A stretch of DNA of 63,316 nucleotides, filler included, from Craspedostauros australis (lineage: Eukaryota): the NCBI GenBank assembly GCA_030167865.1. It is 9 parts of 9 records of this genome, joined end to end, with 100 filler letters (N's around TTAATTAATTAA, not from the genome) between each part and the next. Parts side by side here need not be neighbours in the genome. Positions count along the whole stretch, not along the records: positions 20,373 to 26,285 come from JALAGF010004815.1; positions 26,386 to 32,604 come from JALAGF010004816.1; positions 32,705 to 39,014 come from JALAGF010004818.1; 6 more parts are not named here. One strand, 5' to 3'. The position numbers and the translations under genes are program-made. The notes below the pieces were generated by a model. The model saw only the letters and a list, made by a program, of their open reading frames with translations, searched no databases and was not told the origin of the DNA. Positions within the stretch are counted from its first letter, which is position 1, and each line of letters begins with the position of its first letter. Of this stretch, positions 22,489-34,960 are shown piece by piece.

Positions 22489-23874
22489 ATTCGATCACAG
22501 CATCGTTTGCGGTCTCGTTCGGCGAACCAATTTTCCCTTTCCCCAAACCAAGACGCCGCAAGCACAAGATACACTGCACCATGTATGGTAGTTGCAGAGT
22601 AGCAATGTAAATAGAGCTCGACTTGTTGTATGTACTCCACACTACCCTTTACCACATCACAGCATCTGTTCAAGTCGTCTCAACAGAGAGAACTATAGCA
22701 GCTCGTTAAAGAAGAGTACATTGGATGTACGAACTATACTACACGTATTATACCATACTTCTTGTTGTGCAATGGTGGCGGTGGCCACATGGAAGATGAG
22801 ACGAGGACGGCCTCCGACTTGGAGATGGGCTCGAATGCGTGGCGGCAGAAGGTATCCCAGCAAATGCACGCTGACACAGACTTTCAGACGTGTCAGGAAT
22901 GTAGTCTGCAGCCTCCTCCAAACAGAAAATCACCAATTTCGTATGGCTGTACAGACCTAATATATTCCGATTATTGCGCTTTGTGGACTGATTCGTGTTC
23001 ACGCGACAAGGATTTCCACAATTTCGTACCGAAACGTTGTGTTCGCACGTCTTTCCTCTCTTGCTGGTACTTTGCGCGAGTGTTTCTTTCCTCCACCAAC
23101 TACCTTTTCGGGCGATCCTCCGGGTGCCAATCAAAACCAAAGAAGACCAAATCGCGGTGGTTCTTCCATCTCGTCTTCTTCGTCCCATTCCGGTGACAAC
23201 CGGTGCTCTTTCCCTCCTTTAAGGAGGAATAGTCTACACCCATGATGATTGTTTCCAACGCAAGACTTAACCGAACCGCGCAGGGGCAGCTTGTTCGATT
23301 GTCGTCCGAACAAGTTGCTGGCACCCTCGTTCACAAGTAAAGGTAAAATCCATCACAAGGAGCCTCTCTGCTGTCCGTCTCAACCCGAACAATTGCTCCG
23401 CTGGCACCAAACACCATCCACCAAGTTCACGAGCAAGGGTTGTCACGAACCGCCGCAGCGCTATCATCGTACCGGATCGCCGTCGGTGCGAATAGTCGCA
23501 CGCCACTTGATGGCATTCACAGTGGTGTCACGCCCACCGATAACCGATAGTACTGTCTGTTCCATCCTGCCGAGTGCTCTGCTATGCTCTGTTGAAGCCA
23601 ACGCCAAGCTGGATCTCCACCATCAACCGCACCAACAAACAAGGAACTCTTTTGGCTGCGACAGATACGACTACGAGTGCGCGCATACACTCTCTATCCG
23701 TGCCAACACATACGTACCCATGCGTAGCCACTCCGTCGTCACACACCACAAGCCCACAACCGACACCGGCTTTCCCAATTTATCATGATTCACCGCAAAC
23801 GTGAGCACACACGCGAATCATCACATGGCACACAATCTCACATCATTCCATCTCAAATCGCTCCATCACCAATC

Positions 23875-26285
23875 ATGCCGTTTGCCGCCATCAAACCGCA
23901 CATCAGCAACGCGAGCACCAGCACCACCAGCACCAGCACCACCAGCAACGACATCAAAGCACCCTCTGGTGACCAACGAACAGCGCACTTGGATGGTCTG
24001 ACACCGTTGCAGAGCGCGAGGCTGGATGACACCGCATCACGTTCATCAAACACAACCATGTCCAACACATTCGGGTCCGCGTTCCCCTCCTCCGAGTTCT
24101 CGATGCCATCTCCAAAGGCGCCCATGAAGGACTTCTTCTTTGGACGAGACAAAGAGCTGCAGCATCTCCGTGACATCTGGCGGCACATCAACGATGGCCA
24201 ACCCATCTTTCCGGCCGCGTTGGTTTGGGGAACGAGTGGAACCGGAAAGTCGCAGCTGATTGACCATTTCCTGGATCAATCATGTTGCACATGCGGGGAA
24301 AGACATCATCCAAAGCGAGCGGTACTGCTATCATCAGATCCGCAAGCGGAAGGTCTTCGACAACAGCAGCAACAACAGCAGCAACCAACCCGACAGTGCT
24401 CATGTTGCTACGTGTTGCGAGGCAAGTACGATGAGTACACCGGCAACAACGATCCCTTTTCCGCCATCATCCAAGCACTGGATGACTTCGCAACCCAACT
24501 CCAACACGGACCTCCTGAGGAACTTCAACGCATTCAGAAATCAGTACAGAGCGTGTTCTATGCGGATGACAGCGAATCCGATCTCACCTCCAAACCCACC
24601 CAAGATGACTCCGCGAGCCAAACACACGGCAGCATGATGAAGCAAAGCTATGACGCCATGACTGCTTTAATCACAGTCGTCCCGTCGCTGTCCATTCTAT
24701 TCTCCGACTCCCCCGGGTCCTCTTCCAGCGTCGTGACGGGCGCCTCGTCCCGCTCGGCACGAGCTCTGCAGAAAGTCGCATCCAACAGCAACTTCGGCCG
24801 TGCTGCTGCAGGTCTCGCTAGGGACGCCGGGTCCGTCTCCACAAATAGCCATGCCATGTCAGATATGGACTTCGGCGGAGATACCAGCAACAACGCAACC
24901 ACAGCTAACTCACAGACCGCATGGAACCGGCTGTGCTACATCTTCATCCAGTTCATGAAGGCCATCTCCACTCCTCAAAGGCCGGTCTTCCTCTTCCTTG
25001 ACGATCTGCAGTGGTCATCCGCCGCTGGCTTGGAGCTTCTGGCATCGCTTCTCACGGATACCGATCTTCACAATTTCCTGTTGCTGGGTGCGATCCGACA
25101 GGAAACGGACCCTCACAATCATCAAGCGATGGAGCTGTCACCGTATGCACCCCTGCAAACGTCGTTCTTGGATCGGTTGCTGTGCGAAGACAACGCCAGG
25201 GATGCCCACAATAACTGGAACGGCAACAACGACAGAGACGGCACACTCCTTGAGCAGATCACACTCGGTAATCTGTCGTTGCCGGACTGCACCCAGTGGC
25301 TGTCGCATCTTCTCCATCGCTCCCATCACGACAGCGACCTCAAGTTGCTGGCATCCAAAATCCATGCGAAGACGCACGGCAACGTCTACTTCACGCTGCA
25401 GGCCATCGAAGAGCTCAAGAGGCGGGACATCGTCATTCACAACCGCACCGCCGATCGATGGGAATGGCATCTGGACTCATCTGTCAACGATGGTCTTCCC
25501 ATCGGCGACAACATCGTGGCCATCATCGAGATGCAGCTCAAGGATCAACCGCCTGATCTTCAACATGCGCTGTCAATCGCGGCTTACATCCGAGCATCCT
25601 TCGATTTGGAGGTGCTACAAGCGGTGCTGCAATACATTGATGATCATGGAGGCGTCGACGTTATCTATTCGCAAGCTGACGAGGCTTCAACGCCAACAAA
25701 CACGACGACTGCATGGACGACTGATCGACTCTATTCTGTGCTGGAGAAGGCTCTTCTGGAGGGTCTCGTCACCAACTCCATAGGCGAAAGCAGATACCAC
25801 TTTGCCCACGATCGTGTGCAACAAGCAGCGCATGGCTTGATTCCATTCGGTGAGGTCCGCAGCAAACTCCGGCTCCAGATCGGTCGCAGTCTGCTCGAGG
25901 TGTACCGAATGTCCACAACTCCGCCAGCCCAAAGCGAGCTTCAAGACCAATCTCCCAAAACGTCAGCAGAAAACGATGACCAGGACCAACATCGCCAACT
26001 AAAGCAACAGCAACAACAGCAGCAGCAACACGAACTCACCATCAGAGACGTCGACAGCTTGCTTTTCATTGCGGCTGATCATCTCAACAGCGCGCCCACC
26101 AAGGACCATCTCTTCCTCCTCCGCTTCAACCTTGAAGTTGGACAGAAGGCACTCCAAATGGCTGCGTTATCGTCGGCTGCTATCTATCTGCAGAAGGCCG
26201 CCAATGTGCTACCACGCATACGCAGTCCATGGCAGGAACACTACGGAACCTGCCTCACGTTATTCCAGTGCCGGTCTGAGGTGGA
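23875..26285 (+). CDS. STAND/AAA-type P-loop ATPase, paralog 2, with downstream winged-helix and helical-repeat region; truncated by an assembly gap
   Basis: FFGRDKE, GTSGTGKS, LFLDDLQWS, KTHGNVYF, YHFAHDRVQQAA, ADHLN. Start is either ATG 23785 or ATG 23875. Confidence 0.9.
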
Positions 26286-26385
26286 NNNNNNNNNNNNNNN
26301 NNNNNNNNNNNNNNNNNNNNNNNNNNNNNTTAATTAATTAANNNNNNNNNNNNNNNNNNNNNNNNNNNNNNNNNNNNNNNNNNNN

Positions 26386-27246
26386 GCAATCCGCAGAATG
26401 CCCCAGGTGCGGCAGGCCGGAAGACAACACACACATCCTCATGTGTCCCAGCGCTGCGAGCCAGTCCATTTGGGCCAAAGCCATCCTCAAAGTGCGGTCA
26501 ATCGTGAGACCGCCCACCACCCCACCCGAAGTCGCCCAGCTAGTTTGCACGGCAATCAAGCGCATCACATCTGGAGGCATTCCTCCCTCAGGCATAAGGA
26601 CGTCGCCCACTCAGAACATCCAGGTGAGACAGGCCAACATCGGTTGGGTAGCTCTAATCTGGGGCGGCTGGTCCACCTCGTGGCGAGACCAGGCCCCTCC
26701 AATGGCTCCTCACCGGAGACGACGTGCTCCCAAGCTGCTCCGAGACTGGCAAGTGAGCATCACAAACCTCATGTGGCATACCGTCCTGCAACAGTGGCAT
26801 GACCGCAACGAAACCAAGGCGGAGCAGACGTCGCAAGGCATGACGGCTCTCCTTCAACAACAGCTTCACCGCCTCCGTACAACACCCACCGACGCGATCC
26901 CAGCAGTGCTGCGACCGCTATGGTCCAACCCACCAGCAACAGCCCAAATCGCCGCCCTAGTCCCGTGGGTCCAAGCGATGCAACAAGGACTCGGCCTCGC
27001 GGCACCGGACATCCCGACCGTACTCACCAACTGGATGAAAAACCAGCGACGTCGCCACCGAGCACCAGCCACTCGCCCCTCGAACCCAGCCTGATGCTGA
27101 CCCGACCTCAGAGCAGACGCCTCCACACACCGACACCTAGTGTCAATCCGTTCCCGCTGCGTGCATACACGTTGAATCAACGAGGCGGAATAAAAGCGCC
27201 CTCGGCGCATGACTTAACAGTTATAATCCGTGTGTTATATATATAT
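26386..27246 (+). mobile_element. 3' end of a second Ambal-like non-LTR retrotransposon (ORF2 C-terminus, 3' UTR, short TA run)
   Basis: CPRCGRPEDNTHILMCP, Q..IGW..LIWG..S..W and MWHTVLQQWHDRN parallel CPSCGKQEDAKHFWHCP and IWHIAWEHWSVRN of ORF2 at 51580-57333. Stop at 27094. Confidence 0.8.
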
Positions 27247-27264
27247 GGACATCTGAAGTTGATA

Positions 27265-27348
27265 GAAATGAAGAACTCACAGTTCAAAGAAGCAGAATCA
27301 AATTGCACATTGGTCTGTTACTACTATCACTACCCCAGATTTCCAACA
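27265..27348. mobile_element. Family A terminal fragment
   Basis: CTCACAGTTC...CTACTATCACTACCCCAGATTTCCAACA matches the family A end. Confidence 0.7.
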
Positions 27349-27510
27349 AGAACAATCCTATTGGCATGTGGCATGAAGCAGAGTGCAACCCTGGCTGCTT
27401 TTCATCTTGTTGATATCACCTCTTTCATTCTGCTTCTTCCATTTCTTCAATGCTGACAGTTCGCCTGTACTGGCAGCAGCGAAGAGTTGCTTGTTCGAGA
27501 CATCTGGCAT
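27349..27510 (-). pseudogene. Ankyrin-repeat gene 5' fragment, truncated at the family A remnant
   Basis: MPDVSNKQLFAAASTGELSALK...GCTLLHATCQ, then a stop, then the element terminus 9 nt later. Confidence 0.6.
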
Positions 27511-28760
27511 GTTGAGATGGTGGTTGATAGCTGTTGAGAGGTTGCTGGATGGGTGTTGGATGATTGGTTGGATGGTTGAATGGCTGGATGTTGTATGGTA
27601 TCCCATGGTGCCTCTTGGCATGGTACAAGCATGGACTCATGCCGTGCACGGCTTGTCGAGGAGGACCGTCAGCGTGGAATGCAGATCCTCGTCATGTTCA
27701 GGTCTGAGTTGTGCAAAGTGTTGGGTACGAACGAAGCGAAATGAGATGGAACAGAAGAAGACGTGTTGAGAAAAGGGTATCCATGACCAGTGGAGAACAA
27801 GGAATGCGAACCATCCTTCGTTGACAACACACTAGTCGCAGTCAAGCTAGAAGTATGCGAACAAATCGGAATCCAAACACGCAAATGACCAACACAAAGA
27901 TCTATCACAAACACGCACATCTCTGGCAGAACACAACACCAACAACAACAACATTGACATCAACATCAACAGATCCGCACACCACAAACCACTGACATTG
28001 ATTCTATTTGGAACCGTCACCAAGTCAAAACCATTCCTACTGACATAGCATCTACAATAGTTCATATAAAACCGTACAATACATACATACGAGGAGAGAG
28101 GACTCGACCTTCCTGATACCCATATTGGTACATCGCACAGCCACACCTGTCCAAGCCTCAACTCAACAACAAAGAGCAGATCGTTGCGAGTATGGATCGC
28201 CGTCGACGCAGCATGGATCTCCCCTTCCTACCATCTTTCAACTTACCGAGCTACTCACTTCCGCGCATACCCAGGCGCATACCCAGGCGCATACCCAGGT
28301 GCATACCCATTCGCATGGACATGCTCATGCACGGGCCCATGTGAGTGCACTGCTTGTACTCGCACTTGCCCTTGTGCTGGCGTCTACCGAAATGGATGCA
28401 TGCATGTGCCAACCCATGAAACGTGGTAGCTGCGTGGCTGCGGAGATGGTGGTAACCTCCCTTGCATGAACGACTTGACGTCTACCTTCCTGTCTGCGAA
28501 CCAGTATTTTCATTTGTTCCCCTGCCTCTTGATCGCACCTGTGTGCATTTGTACTCGTACATGTGGACCCACAGGCTGAGCTCACATGACACTGCCATCT
28601 GCTTCCACTTGCCATACACTCACGTTGACGCAACCCACCCTCTCTTCCTCTCTCTTCCATCCAACTCTGAATGAATCCGCTGAGGCATATTCTCTATTCT
28701 ACGATGCAATCAAAATGAAACTGGAATGGAAACAGTGATGACATCGATGACAGATGGCTT

Positions 28761-30785
28761 GTGCGATTGTACAAAGCATGTAATAGGAACAACTTGGCAT
28801 CGGTGCAGGCCTTGGTCGAATCATGCGAGGAGGGCACGCTTTGCGATGTTGTGCGCGAGCTTAGGGATATACCACTCCATCGTGCTTCCTATCATGGAAA
28901 CATGGCCATTGTGAAGTACTTGGTGGAGTCTGATCGAATCAAGGTGGATGTCAACCTCCAGGATCGCTTGGGAATGACAGCAATCCATCGTGCTTGTGAA
29001 CATGGACACATGGATATCGTGAAGTACCTGATGGAATCCGACCGCGTTCACGTGGATTTCAACATTCCAGACAGGGACGGCAATACGCCAATTCACATTG
29101 CGTCCGAGCATGGATACAGAGATACCATTGAGTACTTCATGCAATCTGATCGAAGCGATGTGGATGCCAATGCCCAAAACAACAAAGGGCAGACATTGCT
29201 CCATCTCGCTTGCAGGAGAGGAAAGAGAGATCTTGTTGAGTACTTGATGGAATCTGATAGAATCCACTTCATCATGGATGATACTGATGGCAACAGCTTA
29301 CTCCACCATGCCTGCGAACAAGGACACATCGATGTGCTGAAGTACTTGGTGCAATGTCCCCAAGTTGATGCTGCTGCCAACATCAACAAGCAGAACAACG
29401 AAGGTGACACGCCTTTGCATGCAGCATGTGAGGAGATGGAGATCAGCTGCATTCGATACCTGGTGGAATCAGATGATATCAGTGACAATGTCAATCTCAA
29501 CATTCGCAACAACAATGGTGATACACTTCTCCACCTGGCTTGTTACACAATCTGTGTTGATGTTCAGGATACGATTGCGTATCTGGTCCATTGCGGCAAA
29601 ATCGACACAGACAACCACATTCGCACCCAAAACAATGACGGTGACACACCATTGCATCGCCTTTGCTATTACGGTAGCTGTCAGTTCTTACCTTGCTTGA
29701 AGCTGTTGCTGGAAGAGTACCAACCCAACAATGACAACAATGAAGACAACAGCAACAGCGAGTTGAGTATCGATGAAATATTCAAGATTCAAAACAGCCA
29801 CGGGAACACACCTCTCCATTTTGCATGCAAGCATCAGAAACGCGACGCCATTGAATACCTGCTCAAGTCGTCCAAGATCAACAGCAGTTTCAACATCCAG
29901 AACCATGACGGTGACACACCTCTCCATGTTGCTTGCGAGCATCAGGAACGCGACTTCATTGAGTCCATGCTCCAGTCGTCGAAGACCAACGGCAGCTTCA
30001 ACATCCAGAACCATGATGGTGACACACCTGCGCACCTCGCCTTCCGCAGAGGTCTTTTCGTTCCATTGAATGACACCACCAGACTCACCCACCTCTTCGA
30101 ATTCATCCAACACCAACTCATCCCCACCACCAACCTCAGCGATCTCTCACACCTCAACAATCGTGTGGGAGATACAGTCATCACCAAACGATTGATAGAA
30201 GAGGCCAAACCAATTGCAAACATCCAGAATCGTGCTGGGAACACGCTTCTACATCTTGCATGCATGGACAAGGACAGTGAAATGTCCATCCTTCAACAGT
30301 TGGTGGGACATGACTCAGTAGACGCAACGCTTCAGAATAGTGATGGTAATACTCCGTTGCATTGCATCTGCTGCGCCGACACTGGTACCGGAAGCGATAC
30401 CGGAAGTGATGTCGGAAGCAACGCCAACGACCATGACAACTGTCTGGAGAAGATCAAGCTGCTGATTGAATCGAGCAACGTGACGGTGGATGTGAACATG
30501 ATGAACAATGGCGGAGACACAGTCCTTCACCGTGCGGTCAAGTTTGGTCTGGTGGCGGTGGTCGAGTATCTGATGACGCTGGAAGAGATCGATGTTCATG
30601 TGCGGAACCAAGCTGGCAATACGGCATTGGAGTGTGCGCAGAAGGCAACCTATGATGCGAAGATCTTGGCTTTGCCTGAATTGGGGCTGGCTCACCATCC
30701 CACCGCGAAGAGGGATCGGCTGAACTGCAGTCCTGACGTGTCTGTGGAAGGCGAGATAGAGACAAAGACAAAACGGCAACGGTAA
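28761..30785 (+). CDS. Ankyrin-repeat protein (about 14-15 repeats) with a basic C-terminal tail; true start unresolved
   Basis: Repeated G(D/N)TPLH.AC motifs and a C-terminal KTKRQR. The frame is closed upstream by TGA at 28716 with no ATG before the first repeat. Confidence 0.92.
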   Translation: MRLYKACNRNNLASVQALVESCEEGTLCDVVRELRDIPLHRASYHGNMAIVKYLVESDRIKVDVNLQDRLGMTAIHRACEHGHMDIVKYLMESDRVHVDFNIPDRDGNTPIHIASEHGYRDTIEYFMQSDRSDVDANAQNNKGQTLLHLACRRGKRDLVEYLMESDRIHFIMDDTDGNSLLHHACEQGHIDVLKYLVQCPQVDAAANINKQNNEGDTPLHAACEEMEISCIRYLVESDDISDNVNLNIRNNNGDTLLHLACYTICVDVQDTIAYLVHCGKIDTDNHIRTQNNDGDTPLHRLCYYGSCQFLPCLKLLLEEYQPNNDNNEDNSNSELSIDEIFKIQNSHGNTPLHFACKHQKRDAIEYLLKSSKINSSFNIQNHDGDTPLHVACEHQERDFIESMLQSSKTNGSFNIQNHDGDTPAHLAFRRGLFVPLNDTTRLTHLFEFIQHQLIPTTNLSDLSHLNNRVGDTVITKRLIEEAKPIANIQNRAGNTLLHLACMDKDSEMSILQQLVGHDSVDATLQNSDGNTPLHCICCADTGTGSDTGSDVGSNANDHDNCLEKIKLLIESSNVTVDVNMMNNGGDTVLHRAVKFGLVAVVEYLMTLEEIDVHVRNQAGNTALECAQKATYDAKILALPELGLAHHPTAKRDRLNCSPDVSVEGEIETKTKRQR

Positions 30786-32817
30786 GTCATAATGCATCAT
30801 ACAATGTATTAGAGTTGATCTGAAGTGCCGTACCGTGTCTGTTGCTGCTAGTTGTTGGATACCGCCAGAGTGCTCGACTCCAAACTCTACTTGGAAGTGC
30901 TCGCCCCATGTTCGCCCGCAGCAAATTGAATCAGTCCGTGCGAAGAGGACCAACGCATGTCGCCGATGTGGAAAGAATGGAAGTTCCGCGGCGTGCAAAA
31001 TGGTGTGCCGACGTACGTAGCCTCCTACAGCAATGTCTCGTTATTCTACCAACCATCATGGTCAACGTCAGTCCCTACTTTGCCGCACTTGCCACATTCG
31101 GCCCTTCTTCATCCCACCTGATTCCCAGCCTGGCAGCGGCGCTGACATCAACTTCGTATGTGACCGATGGGCAATGATGTGCTGCGGCTTCGTTGACACC
31201 AGCTGAGTTTGTGCCGCACCTGTTGGTCCGGTGGATCAATGAAATTGATGCTATGAAGCGCGGTTTCGTGTGTCATTGCCAGCATTTGTTGCAGACACCT
31301 CGTTGCCTTGCTGCCTTTGCGGTGGATGCCGCGTGCAGGAGGCTGCGATCCTCAAAGCCTGTCGCTGCAGTGCGTGATGCTGACGCAATGTGCGCTTGTG
31401 TTTGTGTGCCTTTCCACGGAAGCGCACGGACCCGGCAGTCCAGCACCGTAGTCTGACACCGTCATCTCCCATCAACTCCATTCGTTACGATCGCATCGAA
31501 TGCCGATCAGAGCATCAGCCTGGACGCTTTGCTACCGCAACTGTTGGTCCTCATGGATGCTGATGCCGCATTGTCTTGTCCCGCTGTACATGATAGGTAT
31601 GCTCATGGTGTGAAGGGATGCGGTACGAGGAAGATGGTGAGCAGATGTGAGTTCCTCCTCAGCTGTTCCATCATGGCGCTGCCGATGTCGCCTCTCATTT
31701 CTGACCATTGTGGTCGGTGGCCATCGTCGAACGGGGTTGCGCAACAACAGACAGGTGACCGTGTTTCTCTGTGATCGTGTTTGTGAGTGTCATCATCACT
31801 CACACACCAATTCCACGATCGTGACAAATTGAAGTGCGTCACCCAAACACGATCAACCACGGATGACAGGCAGACGATTGAAGCGCGCCAAAAATTCTCG
31901 ACATCACCGAAAACAACGAACTGTTGATGTTGTGGCTACACAGAACAACTACTCGACGACGATGGCAATACATGTCCTCGTTCTGTGTAAGAGATCATGG
32001 TTGTACTTGCGTACGACTACGTGCATTGATGGAGGTGTCAGCCAACGTATCATACGTACGCAGACATGACCAGTAAAGCAATGCATCAAGGAAACAAGCA
32101 GCCACGCACAACGTCGCATGGCAAAAAGGATGGACGAAGGCGACCATGGCAAGAGATGGAGATGGAGACGATGATGACGACGAATGGGAAGTGGCGATGA
32201 GGAGCGATCGCAAACGCATCGCATCGATCGGCGACATTAGAAAGGAAGATATCAAGGCAATTGCATAGGTAAACAATCACATGAACAATCGCAGTACCAA
32301 CAACGGTGCCAATAACAGTGGCAAACGACGCCATGGTTCCGTGATAAGCCCAGGATTCAAGTGATCTGCAGCAGCGCCCACACCGGATGCGCCGTCGGCA
32401 GCTGAGATTCAATACCTGCTGGACGAGTACATTCATGAGATCGGACGCAGCAACTTCTTTGGGACCTTTAGCACCAGCTGTTAGGAGATACTCCTTCTAT
32501 TACGCCACCACTGCACGCATCATTACCACCAATGCCTGCTCATGCTGAAGCTCAAAGCGATGCATCGCAGCCACAACTGCAACTGATGAGATGGAGGCAC
32601 TGTGNNNNNNNNNNNNNNNNNNNNNNNNNNNNNNNNNNNNNNNNNNNNTTAATTAATTAANNNNNNNNNNNNNNNNNNNNNNNNNNNNNNNNNNNNNNNN
32701 NNNNAGTTGCAAGCTATCATACCACGCACACGAGTTCCACTCTACTATTCAATACTGAGTCAGCCGCAAGTAGAGCCTGGTAGGAATCCAGCGAATGTAC
32801 ATATTTTTGCAACTTAC

Positions 32818-34729
32818 CAAGATCTAGTCGACCCAACTTTGTGAGTTGTCCTATTTCTGATATCAACGGTCCTTTGATGCTGTTCCCGGCTATGCAACAA
32901 CGAATGGATGTGCGAACAACGTGTGAGGATGCAGTCTGAGCACAAGCCAATATGTACGGGCACGTTGGATTGGATCGCTTCGTTGGCATGTGAGTGTTGT
33001 TTTCTTCCTTTCTTTCTTTCAAAGCTGTTCGTCTCCCCTGAATCACAACGCCGCGACGAATGCAAGTGCACTCACAAAATTGATATTATAATACGTCCCA
33101 TATCAATGAGCACCCCGATCTCGGTCAACATCCTATTCTTCAGTCCATTATTGACTGAAGGGTCGAAGTTCAACACACACAGAGACAGGCAGTAGAGTCA
33201 TGTGGAAGTATGGTTCGCAGGTGCAATCACGATCAAGGGATGGTGGGGAGTTATGTGCAGCAAGGGTGGAGCGAATTGCCAGACGAGGGAGACGATGTGG
33301 TGAGGCAGAGTAGGCTGTTGCGCAAATCATCAAGTATGTAGCTCTGTGCAATCAGCGCCATCATACAAACCATACATATGTGTAATCGTAAGCTGTTTTT
33401 TCACAGTATGTACCAATGGATCACTCACGTGCGTTGATTTGATCCAAGTTGGCGGCATTATCATTTGTGCAACTGATTCCCAACCAAACAAAGGTCTCCA
33501 GTCCAGTCAACCAATCCTTGTTGAAGACCCAATTTGGTCCATCGTGCTGATAGTATAGAGCGATCATGATGTACCGATGCACCGATGTACCGCTCCAGCA
33601 ACTGTTGTGCGGGGAGGGTTGGAAAGTTCAGCTTGGCGGGATCATCTTGGACCAACCACCACAGTGCACGATTGTACGGCGATTGGGGTTCGGAAATCGC
33701 AGCCGCTTGGCTTTGCGTGATGTTGGGATATAGCAAGCCCACCAGAAGATCGTATCGTTCCAAAAGTAGCCGCTCTTCCTCTGTGGAGGGTGCTGATGAT
33801 GGTGCCAACGATGGTGTCAACGTCGGCTGTTGAGATGGTTGCCATGACGGAGCATCTGATTGCCTCACGGACGGCCTTCCTGATGATAGGACTGGTGCTG
33901 TCGAACGGCCAGAATCACTTTCACCTGTCAGAAGTACAGCGATGATCACAACACCAGCAACGATGAAGACGAAAGCGATGCAACAAATCCATTGAGCCCG
34001 GCCCCGTTCCATCCCGCAAAGCGTCTTGTGGTCGTCTTGCGATTCAATGGCTTCCGCAGTCACAATCATCATTTTAGATTGTCCGGGGCCTTGTATAGCC
34101 GGAGTTTCCTCGTCGGTTGTCCTCGTTGTGACACCAGGAATTGTCGTGCTTTCGTCAAGACCATTCTCATTTCGAGCAGTTGTTGATGTTGCTGCAACGC
34201 TGAGCCGTGTGCTGCCATCGCCATGGCGCTCCAGATCTTGTCGCTTCTCCATCATCTGTTGCCGTTGCGCTTCGAGCTGTTGAGTACGTGCCTCCAGCTC
34301 CTGTAGCCGCTCTCTGGCACGGATGGCTTCTGGCGACATGAAGTCATCGTCTCCGACTAAATGCCCTTCGACCATCTGCGTTTGTCCCCGCTTCATGGAT
34401 GGCATGTCACTACTATCGTCACCGTGAATATGAGCTGCCAAGGCGTTGTCCGATTGCGCATCATCGTTCCAAGCATCTTCGGAACTATTGTAGTCATCAT
34501 CGGATCTGCCTGTGCTGTTAAACCCAGCCACGCGGGTAGCGTCTGGCCGATGCAAATCGAAGGAAGGTGCATTGGACGGCGATGCGGCTGCGGCTACGGC
34601 AGCAGACGTCATTGCTGGATTGTGAGGTCGGGGTGCCGTTTCTATTTCCGTTCCTGCTGCTTTCGTCCTAGTCTTTAACGCTTGCTTCAAGTATGTGAGA
34701 CTCATCTTTGCGACGAACGGCACCGACAT
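32818..34729 (-). pseudogene. LRR transmembrane protein paralog B, frameshifted; probably continues into the gap
   Basis: TM segment, PS stalk, SPYNRALWWLVQDDP...LLERY cap. A 16-nt tandem duplication near 33570-33593 shifts the frame. 72-nt LRR exon at 32818-32889 (GNSIKGPLISEIGQLTKLGRLDL) and a degenerate 79-nt exon at 33076-33154. Confidence 0.8.
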
Positions 34730-34960
34730 TGTGGCTGTCGAAGAGCAAACTAGAGAGTGCGAGTGTAGCACGAGTGTAGCAGGCTGCCGCAGTTGGCCAA
34801 ACGTTGACTCCTCCATCGTATCCCCGTAGCTCGTACTTGTCGCCTGTCAAGAGAGCGCAGTCCTTTGGATTGGTTGTGAGTGAATGCGGATCGGACGCTT
34901 GTGCGCAATGTGTGTGCCCGTTGTACTGATCGTCGTTGTCGGCATTGCCCGTTTGTGGCT

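Noticed and set aside
28262..28310. GCATACCCAGG(C/T) 12-mer x4 upstream of the ankyrin gene
   Set aside because: A short ordinary minisatellite with no further structure.
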